Assembly: GCA_043826355.1 (NCBI GenBank)
Contig: JBDRQI010000009.1
Location: 1-64,000 of the forward strand
DNA from: Candidatus Omnitrophota bacterium
GTDB lineage: Bacteria > Ratteibacteria > UBA8468 > MWAK01
Length of the DNA stretch: 64,000 nt
Direction of reading: 5' to 3'
A program made the position numbers and the translations under genes. The notes beneath the pieces are model-generated. The model was not told where the DNA came from, did not search any database, and saw only the letters and a list, made by a program, of their open reading frames with translations. Of this stretch, positions 39,213 through 49,906 are shown piece by piece (position 1 is the stretch's first letter; every line of letters begins with the position of its first letter).

Positions 39213-39869
39213 TTACTCTTTAGGCAATAATGTTCGCCCGGTCAGGGGAATTTTATAACTCATTTCCGGAAGGAGATTGAGACCGATCAGTTTCACGAAT
39301 TCTGTTAGAGAATGACCCGATACGCAAATCTGGTAACCTTCTCTTTGCTTCCTGGGTTTTGCGTCAAGGCCAAACTTCTCTTGCAGTAATCGTGACAATC
39401 TTTCTACTTCTTCCCGCTGGTAGCATTGAGTATTAAATATTACCGCGCGGGACTGACGCCATTTGAGACTGCCGTCATCCATAAACCAGTAAGTTAGTGA
39501 CTTCGGTGTAAGCCATCGTTTGATGGATTGGGGCACACGCTTCCTGCCATCTTGGTAAAACTGATGGCCGTAAAAGCGTAAAGCGCCGTGACTGTAAGTT
39601 TGAAAACCTATCATTTCGCACAAGGTGCCGTTAGTCGCAGCATGTAGTCTTGTTTTCGGCGGTGTGCGTACCCACTTTTGAAATATGCGGTAGAGGTGTT
39701 CGACATAAAAACGGTGTGCCGCTTTATGTTCCACCTTCAACCGGTAAGTTTTACCCTTATCCTGGGTTTCTAAGTGGGCATCGCCCAGAAGCATACCAAC
39801 CAAAACTTCGCGTTGATTTCTGGTTAGTTTGAGCGATTTCTTATAGGTTTCAATCTCTCTGGAATGCAT
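39213..39869 (-). CDS. Intron-encoded double-motif LAGLIDADG homing endonuclease
   Basis: [10 protein letters not shown] and LTYWFMDDG motifs; downstream of P7; stop codon falls in the 3' rRNA exon. Confidence 0.92.
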   Translation of the reverse strand: MHSREIETYKKSLKLTRNQREVLVGMLLGDAHLETQDKGKTYRLKVEHKAAHRFYVEHLYRIFQKWVRTPPKTRLHAATNGTLCEMIGFQTYSHGALRFYGHQFYQDGRKRVPQSIKRWLTPKSLTYWFMDDGSLKWRQSRAVIFNTQCYQREEVERLSRLLQEKFGLDAKPRKQREGYQICVSGHSLTEFVKLIGLNLLPEMSYKIPLTGRTLLPKE

Positions 39870-40136
39870 CCCTTTCTCCGTTAAGACCGAGCGTCCGCAT
39901 AATACGGACTCTGTCTCGCGGCAGAGTTCAGACTATATCATCGACCTTTTTTAAAGGCCGCCTGGCGTATAGTCGTTGAGGGGTCCTGAAAAACAAGGAC
40001 TTCCCTGCTGATTGTCCGCACTCGTCAGATTTTCACTCTTTTTTGTATATTAAAGAGTACTGCAAGATACACCGGACTTCCCAGCATATAGCCAGATTTA
40101 CCCCTGACGTTGCCATCAGGGCGCCCCACTAAATTG
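39225..40136 (-). mobile_element. Group I intron at about E. coli 23S position 2262 (912 nt) with homing endonuclease
   Basis: Removal restores GGGGCGGUUGCCU|CCUAAAGAGUAACG; IGS GGGGC; P AUGCUGGGAAG, Q AAUCAGCAGG, R CUCAACGACUA, S AUGAUAUAGUC; terminal G. Confidence 0.93.
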
Positions 40137-40447
40137 AGGCAACCGCCCCAGTCAAACTGCCCGCCTGCCACTGTCCCTTTCCTGGATTCACAGGAAGAGG
40201 TTAGAATTTCAAAAGAATAAGGGTGGTATTTCACCGTTGGCTCCATCCCGGCTGGCGCCGGGACTTCAAAGCCTCCCACCTATCCTACACATATTATTTT
40301 AAAACCCAATGACAAGTTACAGTTAAGGTTCCGGGGTCTTTTCGTCTTGTTGCGGGTAAACCGCGTCTTCACGGTTATCACAAATTCACCGGGTTTCTCG
40401 TTGAGACAGCGCTCCTGTCGTTACACCATTCGTGCAGGTCGGAACTC

Positions 40448-40865
<418 letters not shown>

Positions 40866-41685
40866 AGATCAGAGCTTCGGCTTGCGCCTAACCCCTCACG
40901 TTAACCTTCCGGCACCGGGCAGGTGTCAGTCCCTATACATCATCTTGCGACTTAGCAGGGACCTGTGTTTTTATTAAACAGTCGCAGGAGCCATTTCACT
41001 GCGGCCTTTTCGTTTCAAGTTTACACTAAAAACTACTCAGGCACCCCTTATTCCGAAGTTACGGGGCAATTTTGCCGAGTTCCTTAACGAGAATTATCCC
41101 GAGCGCCTTAGCATGTTCTGCCAGTCTACCTGTGTCGGTTTGCGGTACGGTTGCCATAACGACTCGCTTAGAGGCTTTTCTTGGCAGTTTGACTCGACCA
41201 GTGTCCCGCATCCGTGGACTTGGGCACCATTCGCCGTCAAGAGTTGTCCCTTGCGGGACAGTCCTCCGGATTTACCTGGAGAACCGCTCCCAACCGGCTT
41301 AGACCGCAATACAATAAGCGGATGGTCTATCTTACTGCTTCCCCTCATCACTGATAACGCCGTTACGGCAGGGCCGGAATATTAACCGGCTGTGCATCAT
41401 CTACGCCTTTCGGCCTCGACTTAGCCACCGCCTAACCCTGGGCGGATTGACCTTCCCCAGGAAACCTTAGACTTTCGGCGTCCCGAGTTTCCATCGGGAT
41501 TTTCGCTACTTATGCTGACATACTCGCTTCCCATACCTCCACCTGTCCTCACGGTCAGGCTTCGCAGGCATAGGGAATGCTCCCCTACCAATATTGTTCT
41601 TAATGAACAATAGTCCGCGACTTCGGTAACAAGCTTGAGCCCCGTTGAATTTTAGGCGCGCATTCACACCCTTGCGGGTATTCGG

Positions 41686-41748
<63 letters not shown>

Positions 41749-42965
41749 GGTGAACACACTTCCTTTACCACTTAGCTTGTATTTTGGGACCTTAGTCGGC
41801 GGTCTGGGCTGTTTCCCTTTCGACAACGAAGCTTAGCCCCCGCTGTCTGACTCCCCCGGTACAGAAAAACGGTATTCGGAGTTTGGTTGGAATAGGAAGG
41901 GTGGTGCCCTTCCGCATCCATCCAGTAGCTCTACCCCCGTTCTCTAATTCCGGAAGGCTAGCCCTAAAGCTATTTCGGGGAGAACCAGCTATCGCCGAGT
42001 TTGATTAGCCTTTCACTCCAACCCTCAGTTCATCCGAGTTGTTTTCAACCAACACCGGTTCGGACCTCCATCCCGTATTACCAGGACTTCATCCTGACCA
42101 AGGGTAGATCACCCGGCTTCGGGTCTACGCTACGCAACTGGACGCCCGATTAGGACTCGCTTTCGCTGCGGCTCCGCCGCTTAAAACGGCTTAACCTTGC
42201 TGCGCATCGTAACTCGCCAGCTCATTCTTCAATAGGCACGCGGTGAGGCGTTTCCCGAAGTCTTGCGACTTTGGGACATAGCCCTCCCGCTGGTTGTAAG
42301 TGTTTGGTTTCAGGTTCTATTTCACTCCCCTTCCGGGGTTCTTTTCGCCTTTCCCTCGCGGTACTAGTTCACTATCGGTCGAAAGCACATATTTAGCCTT
42401 TGCCCATGGTCGGGCTGGATTCACGCGAACCTTCTCGGATTCCGCGTTACTCGGGAAAGAAGCTCACCGAGCCGTCAGTTTTTCGCCTACAGGACTATTA
42501 CCTTCTCTGGTCAGACTTTCCAGTCTGTTTGGCTAAACTTTCGGTTTGTAACTCGGCGGCCGGGCTGGACCCCGTCCCAACTTCCTCCCACAACCCCTAA
42601 CAAACAACGTCGTCCAGACTATTACGCCTGTTAGGTTTAGGCTCATCCCTGTTCGCTCGCCGCTACTGGGGGAATCACTTCGTTTTCTCTTCCTCAGGAT
42701 ACTGAGATGGTTCAATTCTCCTGGTTCGCCTTCCTGCCCTATGTATTCAGACAGGAATCTGAAGGGTTTGCCTTCAGGGGTTGCCCCATTCGGAAATCCC
42801 CGGATCAAAGTCTGTTAACGACTCCCCGGGGCTTATCGCAGTTAGCCACGTCCTTCATCGCTGGCTTTCGCCAAGGCATCCACCAAACACCCTTAATTGC
42901 TTGGCTACAGATCAAATTGTCAAAGAACCGGTTTTCCTATAGGTGTTTCCATTTTGCAAACAAAT

Positions 42966-42994
42966 ATTATACCCCTGCTCTTTTTTCTTGTCAA
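42966..42994 (-). promoter_or_regulatory. Consensus sigma70 promoter for the 23S gene, with a boxA-like GTTCTTTGACA downstream (about 42918-42928)
   Basis: Minus strand TTGACA, 17 nt, TATAAT. Confidence 0.88.
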
Positions 42995-43059
42995 ATTTCT
43001 TGTTTCTTGTCAGATATACCGGGCATACCGGGCAAGATACCCGGACAATTGTACCATAA

Positions 43060-43088
43060 TTGACGCCAGCCGGTTCCCAACCTATAAT
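43060..43088 (+). promoter_or_regulatory. sigma70 promoter of fba
   Basis: TTGACG, 17 nt, TATAAT, 9 nt before ATG 43098. Confidence 0.75.
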
Positions 43089-43097
43089 AATCTAAGT

Positions 43098-44012
43098 ATG
43101 AAAACAGGTAAATTGAAACAAATAATGGAAACCGCGTGTGCGCAGGGAATCGTGATACCGGCTTTCAATATCGCCTACCTGCCCATGGCCAAAGCGGTCT
43201 GCGACGGGTTGGCAGAAACAGATGCCTTCGGAATGCTGGAAGTTGCCCGCCCGGACGTGGAAAAGTTCGGCGCGGAAAGTTTTGCCGCAGTCGCCGCCGA
43301 ATATCGGCAATGGGCAGACCCCGACATTGTCAGTCTCCACCTGGACCACATCCCGGTAATCGATGAAGACCGCTTGCCGGTGGACTGGAAACGCCTGATT
43401 AAAGAAGGGATATCTAACCGGTATCATTCTGTTATGATTGACGGCTCCCGGCTCTCCCTGGAAGAAAATATTGAGGTTACCGCCGAAGTAGTCCGGATGG
43501 CGCACCCGGCCGGTATTCTGGTAGAAGCAGAATTGGGCGCGGTCCTGGGGCACGAAACCGGCCCCATGCCGCCTTACGAAGAGATGTTTGAGAAGAAGCT
43601 CGGCTTCACCAAACCGGAAGAGGCGGACCGTTTCGTGAAGGAGACCGGCGTGGACCTGCTTTCGGTCTCCTGCGGTTCAATCCACGGCGCCATATCCGGC
43701 ATCGCCAGGGACCAGGCAAAGATACGGGCGAAGATTGACATCCAGCACCTCAAGAAGTTGCGTGAGGCAGCCGGCATCCCCCTGGTACTGCACGGCGGTT
43801 CCGGCATTCAGAAATCCTGCGTACTGGAGGCGGTCAAGAACGGCATCACCAAGATTAATATCGGAACGGAAATCAGGCAGGCCTACGAACAGGCGATGGC
43901 AAAATCCAACAACACCGTAAAAACCGGCCAGGCAGCCGTAACGGAAAAGGTAAAAGAACTCGTTACTGATAGTTACGGCATCAAAGGTTCGGCTTCCCGG
44001 CTCGTAAAATAA
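43098..44012 (+). CDS. Class II fructose-bisphosphate aldolase family
   Basis: IPAFN, LHLDH, SVMIDGS, VEAELG, GSIHG, PLVLHGGSG, KINIGTE; start re-assigned to ATG 43098. Confidence 0.92.
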   Translation: MKTGKLKQIMETACAQGIVIPAFNIAYLPMAKAVCDGLAETDAFGMLEVARPDVEKFGAESFAAVAAEYRQWADPDIVSLHLDHIPVIDEDRLPVDWKRLIKEGISNRYHSVMIDGSRLSLEENIEVTAEVVRMAHPAGILVEAELGAVLGHETGPMPPYEEMFEKKLGFTKPEEADRFVKETGVDLLSVSCGSIHGAISGIARDQAKIRAKIDIQHLKKLREAAGIPLVLHGGSGIQKSCVLEAVKNGITKINIGTEIRQAYEQAMAKSNNTVKTGQAAVTEKVKELVTDSYGIKGSASRLVK

Positions 44013-44101
44013 CCCTTCAGAACCGGGGGAATAAATTTCCAAAAGTGTTTGGCCTGTATATTTGACCGGAGAACGGCTGCCATTATAAAATACCACTTAA
44101 T

Positions 44102-45367
44102 ATGCTGGACATAAGATTTATCCGGGAAAACAGCCGGGCCGTGGAAAAAGCGGCCAGGGACAAAGGCGCAGACGTTGATGTTGCCGCCATCCTGGCGCTG
44201 GATGAAGAACGGCGCTCAATCCTTTCCGAAACAGGACAGCTCAGGCATCAGCGCAATGAAGCCAGCGAACATATCAGTCAATTGAAAAAAGAGGGCAGGG
44301 ACGCCGCCGAATTGATTGTTGAAATGCGGAGCGTAGCCGACCGGATAAAAGAACTGGAAGAAAGGCTGAGGAAAAAAGAGGCGGAACTGGAACAAGCCCT
44401 GAGTTTTGTACCCAATGTTCCGGCAACAGACGTGCCGGAAGGAAAGGACGCGGATGAAAATGTAGAAGTGAAGGCGTGGGGCAAAAAACTTGTTCCGGAT
44501 TTTCCGCTCCTGCCCCACCACGAACTGGCCGAAAAGTTGGGCCTGATTAATTTTAAGGCGGCCGGCCGGATGTCCGGCAGTTTCTTCGTGCTCTATACCG
44601 GCTGGGGCGCCCGTCTGGAAAGAGCGCTGATAAACTTTATGCTTGACCGGCACCGGAAAGAAGGTTACCTTGAAGTGTCGCCTCCCTTCTTGGTCAACCG
44701 CCGCAGCATGTACAATACCGGCCAGTTGCCGAAGCTGGAAAAGGATATGTACCGGGTGGAGAGCGAGGACCTCTTCCTCATCCCCACCGCTGAAGTTCCG
44801 GTAACCAACATTCACCAGGATGAACTCTTCCGCGAAACGGACCTGCCGGTCTATTACACCGCCTATACGCCCTGTTTCCGCCTGGAAGCCGGCGCTTACG
44901 GCAAGGACACCAAAGGACTGCTGCGCGTCCACCAGTTTGACAAGGTGGAAATGGTCAAGTTCTGCCGGGCAGAAGATTCTTACGATGAACTGGAAAAACT
45001 GCTGGCGGACGCGGAAGGCGTTTTGCAAGCCTTAGGCTTACATTACCGCGTGATGCTGCTCTGCACCGGAGAGTTGTCTTTTTCTGGGGCCAAATGTTAC
45101 GATATCGAAGCATGGGCTCCGGCGCAAGAACGATACCTGGAGGTCTCCTCCTGCAGTAATTTTGAAGATTTTCAGGCGAGGCGCGGCAATATCCGCTACC
45201 GGACGAAGAAAGGCGAAGTTCGTTTCGTGCACACCCTCAACGGTTCCGGCGTTGCCCTGGCGCGGACCGTTGCCTGTATTTTGGAAACCTGCCAGCAGAA
45301 AGACGGTACTGTTGTTGTGCCGGAAGTATTAAGGCCCTACCTGGATAATACCGCGGTCATTTCCTGA
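44102..45367 (+). CDS. serS: Serine--tRNA ligase
   Basis: MLDIRFIR, LIPTAEVP, FRLEAG, GLLRVHQFDKVE, EVSSCSN, TLNGSG. Confidence 0.98.
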   Translation: MLDIRFIRENSRAVEKAARDKGADVDVAAILALDEERRSILSETGQLRHQRNEASEHISQLKKEGRDAAELIVEMRSVADRIKELEERLRKKEAELEQALSFVPNVPATDVPEGKDADENVEVKAWGKKLVPDFPLLPHHELAEKLGLINFKAAGRMSGSFFVLYTGWGARLERALINFMLDRHRKEGYLEVSPPFLVNRRSMYNTGQLPKLEKDMYRVESEDLFLIPTAEVPVTNIHQDELFRETDLPVYYTAYTPCFRLEAGAYGKDTKGLLRVHQFDKVEMVKFCRAEDSYDELEKLLADAEGVLQALGLHYRVMLLCTGELSFSGAKCYDIEAWAPAQERYLEVSSCSNFEDFQARRGNIRYRTKKGEVRFVHTLNGSGVALARTVACILETCQQKDGTVVVPEVLRPYLDNTAVIS

Positions 45368-45374
45368 TTTCCAC

Positions 45375-45487
45375 TGTCATTCTGAACGGTTTATGTCATT
45401 CTGAACGAAGTGAAGAATCTCATCCTTAAAAACGAGATCCTTCGCGAAACCGGCTCAGGATGACACCGTTCACAACTCAGGATGCCA
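45375..45487. repeat. TGTCATTCTGA...TCAGGATGACA inverted-pair element (REPIN/MITE-like)
   Basis: Same family at 53108-53180, 55814-55879, 56496-56592, 59435-59525, 1684-1712, 15272-15332. Confidence 0.88.
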
Positions 45488-45493
45488 CCATCT

Positions 45494-46537
45494 CTAATTC
45501 CCCAACAATTCCAGCACTTTTGCGGCCACCTTTTCGGTCTCTGCCAAAACCTTCCGATTCTGGTTACAAACGGCTTCACTTACGCTGGAAAGAACAAGGT
45601 CGTTCAATGACCAGAGTCGGATATAATTTTCAGCAACAAGTTTTTCAAACGCCCGGTCAAAGACTATGCGTTTTTGATGCTTTCGCTCCACCTTCAGCAC
45701 CACGGTCGGTTTTCCGGAACTGGCTGACTCGGAAACCATGTTGATGCTGTCCTCGGTCGCAATTATCAGGTCGGCTGCGGCCAGAAATTCAGCCACCGGA
45801 TTGGCAAAATCCTGCCCGTAAAGAATAAGGTTAAATCTCTTCGGATCGCCGCCCAGCAATTTTTGGAAAACAGTTTCCACTTTACGATTGGTCCGGCGGC
45901 TGGTCGTCAGGTAAATTCTGGCCGGGAGTTTTTCGGAAATCTCTGTCAGACGCCGGGAAAGTTCTTCGGCCCACCATTCGGAAATCCGGTAGTTCTTATC
46001 GTCCCCGCCGACGAGAACTGCGATTTTAAGATCTCCCCCTTCCCGCACCCCTCCCGCCAGGGGAGGAACAGGTGGGGGGGTAGGAATTATCCGGTTGGGG
46101 GCGCCCATGATAAGCATCAGGTTTTTCGCAGCACTAACCTTCGGATATCGCGCCAGGTCATGTTCCGGCAGTACGAGCAGGTCAAAACGCCGCAGACAGA
46201 GAAAGCCAGGGTAAAGAACCTGAAAACTTCTGGCAGAATTACAGCGGCTTAACAAAATATTAATCGGAGCCAACCTTGAGCCGGCGGAGATTACGGCCGC
46301 GGGCTTGGAAAAAAGACAGGAGGGAACGATGCGGGCGAAGTGCCGGAGCAGGAAACGAACCTTAAAAAGAGGCGTTACGCTCACCAGGTTTGCAGTAAGA
46401 AGCAGGGTGGTGCGACAAGGAAAAGAAAGGGGAGGAACCGCAACCCGCTCTATCTCTGCCCCCGGCAACCTTTCCGCTATTCCGAGCGCCTGGTTTAAGT
46501 TGCCGCGGTTGCCGTCATCCAGAACCAAGATTTTCAT
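45494..46537 (-). CDS. ELM1/GtrOC1 family putative glycosyltransferase
   Basis: DDGNRGNLNQALG, FDLLVLPEHD, LVGGD, TTSRRT, TEDSINMVSESASSGKP. Confidence 0.85.
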   Translation of the reverse strand: MKILVLDDGNRGNLNQALGIAERLPGAEIERVAVPPLSFPCRTTLLLTANLVSVTPLFKVRFLLRHFARIVPSCLFSKPAAVISAGSRLAPINILLSRCNSARSFQVLYPGFLCLRRFDLLVLPEHDLARYPKVSAAKNLMLIMGAPNRIIPTPPPVPPLAGGVREGGDLKIAVLVGGDDKNYRISEWWAEELSRRLTEISEKLPARIYLTTSRRTNRKVETVFQKLLGGDPKRFNLILYGQDFANPVAEFLAAADLIIATEDSINMVSESASSGKPTVVLKVERKHQKRIVFDRAFEKLVAENYIRLWSLNDLVLSSVSEAVCNQNRKVLAETEKVAAKVLELLGN

Positions 46538-47633
46538 TCAGGCTGGAAATAATCTGCGTTATCTGCCCATCCTCCATCTTAACTTTAACCTCCAGGACAA
46601 TTGCCCGGCCAATATAATCTTCGGTTTCAGGATAAGAACCGCCGACCAATTCCTGATTCGCCCGGTAGTGCCAGTAATTGAGCGTAGCCGGAATAACTCC
46701 GGCTTTCAACAAGTCCTCTTTAGCCTTGTCGGCCCGGGCCTGGTTTGGCGCCAGAATCGCCAGAAAAGTAGCCGCATCTTCCGGGTCGTTAAAACGGCGG
46801 AAGACAAATCCGGCCGGAAGTTTCAAGCCATCTTTAATGCGGGAGCGGTTGCGGCGCAGACTTTCCAACATCCCGGGAAGTCTTTCCGTTTGCGCCAGGC
46901 CGAAAGCAGATAGAATTTCCGAAAGGCGGAAGTTAACGCCGCCGCCTTCTTTCGGTTCCCTGCCCCGGGGCAGGCTGAGGTTATGTACGTGGCCGTGGTC
47001 GTGAAAACGGTCTGCTTTCCGGTAAAGTTCCGCGTCGTTGGTTGCAACCATTCCGCCCTCGCTGCATGTTAAAAGTTTCGCGGAGTCAAAACTGAAGGCG
47101 GATATCTGGCCCAGCGTACCAACGAATTTACCTTTATATCTGGCGCCGACCGCCTGGCAGGCGTCTTCAACCATAAAAAGGTTGTGTTTCCGGGCGATGA
47201 CCCCGATTTCGTCCATCGCGGCCGCCGAACCCATCATGTGCACCGGCATAATCGCCTTGGTTTTGGCCGTAATCGCTTCTTCAATCTTAGCCGGATTGAT
47301 GTTAAAAGAATCGTCTATTTCAACCAGGACCGGTTGTGCGCCCGACTCAATCACCGCCTCCAGGGTAGCGACAAAGGTGTAAGCCGGAACGATTACTTCA
47401 TCCCCGGCCTTAATGCCCAACGCCGCCAGGGCAGTCCGCAGGGCTGCGGTTCCGGAAGAGACCGCCAGGCCGTATCCGGCGCCGATAAATTCCCGGAACA
47501 TCTTCTCAAAGCGATACGCGTAAGAAGCGGTCGCTTCCTGCTCGTTGAAAGCGTAACGAAAAATTTTCTTTTTGCGGATTACATCCAGAACCAGTTCTTC
47601 TTCCCGGCTTCCTACCGTCTCAATTCCGCCCAT
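46515..47633 (-). CDS. DegT/DnrJ/EryC1 PLP aminotransferase, KdnA-like
   Basis: SSGTAAL, VEDACQA, FSFDSAKLLTCSEGG, FHDHGH, NFRLSE. Confidence 0.85.
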   Translation of the reverse strand: MGGIETVGSREEELVLDVIRKKKIFRYAFNEQEATASYAYRFEKMFREFIGAGYGLAVSSGTAALRTALAALGIKAGDEVIVPAYTFVATLEAVIESGAQPVLVEIDDSFNINPAKIEEAITAKTKAIMPVHMMGSAAAMDEIGVIARKHNLFMVEDACQAVGARYKGKFVGTLGQISAFSFDSAKLLTCSEGGMVATNDAELYRKADRFHDHGHVHNLSLPRGREPKEGGGVNFRLSEILSAFGLAQTERLPGMLESLRRNRSRIKDGLKLPAGFVFRRFNDPEDAATFLAILAPNQARADKAKEDLLKAGVIPATLNYWHYRANQELVGGSYPETEDYIGRAIVLEVKVKMEDGQITQIISSLNENLGSG

Positions 47634-47665
47634 AGAAATTTCCCCCTAAATTTACGAAAAACGCC

Positions 47666-47698
47666 AGAATGCCCCGCCTTGTGGGCGGGGTTCCTCAC
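47666..47698 (+). repeat. Hairpin resembling an IS200/IS605 right end (remnant)
   Basis: AGAATGCCCCGCCTTGTGGGCGGGGTTCCTCAC. Confidence 0.4.
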
Positions 47699-47707
47699 TG
47701 TTTGCTT

Positions 47708-48775
47708 TTAGCCGACAGCGATTTCCCGGTAGACTTCCAAAGTTTTTTCAACCATTTGCTTAACGCTAAATTTTGCGGAAGCCCATTTTCGGCCATCTTC
47801 CCCCATGCATTTTCTGAGGTTTTGATTTTGTATCAGTCTTTCGATTGGTTCAATGAAGGCTGACGGCTCCGGTTTAACCAGAAAACCGGTCTTACCGTCA
47901 AGCACAACTTCCCGGGAAGCCCCAAAAGAAGAAACAACCACGGGAATTCCGCACAATTGAGATTCCACAATTACCCTTCCAAAACCTTCGGGTTGCGTAA
48001 AAGGTGCGGCATAGATGTCAATTTTTCGGTAAAATTCCTCCTTGCAGGGGTTCGCTATAATAGTAACACTCCCCGTAAGACCTTTTACTTCAATCATCTT
48101 TTTAAGTTTTCCTATAAAATTTCCCGATCCGGTGCCGGGAAGACCGAGTCCTATCAAACCCTCGACCGACGGAAATTTTTTCTTGAGAATATTAACTATC
48201 TCGATAAAACATTCAAATCCTTTCCCCCGGCCGCAACGACTAAGCATTCCAACTCTGACAACATCACCGTGTTCTTCTTTAATAAAATGACCCACAAAAA
48301 CGCCGTTATGAACAACCCTGACCCGATCGCCGGCTCCAAAATATTTGCGCGCATATTCGGCAAGAGCATGGCTGACTGAGATCACTTTTTCGCCTTTACC
48401 CATGATCTTGCTGGGCCAATGACGGTTGTAATAACTATGAAAACTCGTGATAAAATGCGTACCTGGCAAGCCACAGGACGCGTAATAGCCGACCCAAGCC
48501 GGTATTCTGCTTCGTGCATGGACTATATCAGGTCTAATTCTGAAAAAAATTGTTCGCGCTCGTAATAGCGAGTATGCCAAAGCAGCCGGATTTTTTTTGT
48601 GCAATGGAATTAAGACAATCTTTACTCCCCGCCTCCTAAGGGTTGCAAGTAATTTTCCACCTGCAGTGAAAACAAGGACGGTATTGCCGGCATCACTTAA
48701 TCCTTGGGCTAAATCAAAAGTTCCCTGCTCGACACCACCGACATCCATTTCCGGAACCATCAAAACTATCTTCAT
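47708..48775 (-). CDS. GT4 glycosyltransferase
   Basis: GGVEQGT, HARSRIPAW, PEGFGRVIVESQ. Confidence 0.88.
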   Translation of the reverse strand: MKIVLMVPEMDVGGVEQGTFDLAQGLSDAGNTVLVFTAGGKLLATLRRRGVKIVLIPLHKKNPAALAYSLLRARTIFFRIRPDIVHARSRIPAWVGYYASCGLPGTHFITSFHSYYNRHWPSKIMGKGEKVISVSHALAEYARKYFGAGDRVRVVHNGVFVGHFIKEEHGDVVRVGMLSRCGRGKGFECFIEIVNILKKKFPSVEGLIGLGLPGTGSGNFIGKLKKMIEVKGLTGSVTIIANPCKEEFYRKIDIYAAPFTQPEGFGRVIVESQLCGIPVVVSSFGASREVVLDGKTGFLVKPEPSAFIEPIERLIQNQNLRKCMGEDGRKWASAKFSVKQMVEKTLEVYREIAVG

Positions 48776-48883
48776 TTTTTACAAATGAAATAAAGGCGAT
48801 TCATCATTCCGCGGGTTACAATTTGGGTGCTGTGTTTTTCGACAAACAAAACCGCGCTATCCTTAAAAATTTGCTTTTGATAT

Positions 48884-49453
48884 TTATAAAATATATTTAA
48901 GCGCGCCTATCAAATCCGGTGAAATGTGGTCCGGCTTTATCTTCCAACCCTCAGTCTCTTTCGCCAGAACAGTCTGCCCGGACAGGACCAGGATAGTTAC
49001 CATTCCAAATTGATGGCCGGTAATGATGTCAGTGCCAGAGTCACCCACAAAATAGGCAGCACTCTTTTCCAGGTTGAGGCGTAGTTCGGAGATCGCTTTC
49101 GTCACCAGTCCGGTGCCGGGTTTACGGCAAAGACAGGCTTCGGCAGGGGTGTGCGGACAATAGAAAGAGGCATCAATCCTGCCTCCGGAAACAGCAACCG
49201 CTTCCGTCATCCTGCGGTCAATTTCCTTCAGGTTTTCCGCGGAGTAGATGCCTTTATTGACGCCTGACTGATTGGAGATGATAATAACCGTTGCCCCTGC
49301 CTGGTTAAGCAGTTTCAGCGCTTCCCTGGCCCCGGGCAGAAATTGAAACTCTTCCCAGCTCTTGGTATAATCGTGGGCGAAATACCGGCAGATAACCCCG
49401 TCCCGGTCCAGAAAAACAAGCGGGCTTAGTCTTGCTTTTACCGCTTTGTCCAC
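48884..49453 (-). CDS. gmhB: D-glycero-D-manno-heptose-1,7-bisphosphate phosphatase (HAD IIIA)
   Basis: FLDRDGVI, SNQSG, CPHTPAEACLCRKP, VGD. Confidence 0.88.
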   Translation of the reverse strand: MDKAVKARLSPLVFLDRDGVICRYFAHDYTKSWEEFQFLPGAREALKLLNQAGATVIIISNQSGVNKGIYSAENLKEIDRRMTEAVAVSGGRIDASFYCPHTPAEACLCRKPGTGLVTKAISELRLNLEKSAAYFVGDSGTDIITGHQFGMVTILVLSGQTVLAKETEGWKIKPDHISPDLIGALKYIL

Positions 49454-49827
49454 TGGTAACCCCGCCGTGCGCTCTTCCGGCCGTATTTCTTCCGTTCTTT
49501 CATCCGGGGGTCCCGGGTCAGAAGCTCTTCCTCGCGCAAAACGCTGCGCAAGTCACCGTTTAGCTTTACCAGGCCGCGGCTGATTGCCAACCGCACCGCC
49601 TCCGCCTGGCTGGCCTTCCCGCCGCCGGTAACTCTCGCCTTGATATCGAACTTCTCGGCGCAGTCGCCTTTGACCAGCGGCCTCTTCAAATCTGCCTGGA
49701 CGAAACCATCCGGGAAATAAGCCTCTAACGGTTTTTGGTTAACGATAATCTTGCCGCTGCCGTCAAAAAAGCGCACCACCGCCTTGCTCGTTTTACGGCC
49801 GCCGCTGGCTACAATCAAATTTTCCAT
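49438..49827 (-). CDS. rpsI: 30S ribosomal protein S9
   Basis: GGRKTSKA, GGG.ASQAEAVRLAISR, LTRDPRMKERKKYG, QWTKR. Confidence 0.97.
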   Translation of the reverse strand: MENLIVASGGRKTSKAVVRFFDGSGKIIVNQKPLEAYFPDGFVQADLKRPLVKGDCAEKFDIKARVTGGGKASQAEAVRLAISRGLVKLNGDLRSVLREEELLTRDPRMKERKKYGRKSARRGYQWTKR

Positions 49828-49906
49828 AATCCTTTTAGATTACTACAAACTGCCCCTAAAAGTCAAAGGCCCGGAGCGGGGTAATTTTGTGGTATAATTA
49901 AAAATT

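Noticed and set aside
43012..43046. Short ATACCGGGC-like direct repeats between the divergent 23S and fba promoters
   Set aside because: Could be an operator, but too short and irregular to support a call.
44216..45028. Long antisense ORFs (270 aa opposite serS; also opposite mgtA, the M16 peptidase and yacL)
   Set aside because: Shadow frames of well-supported genes with no recognisable motifs.
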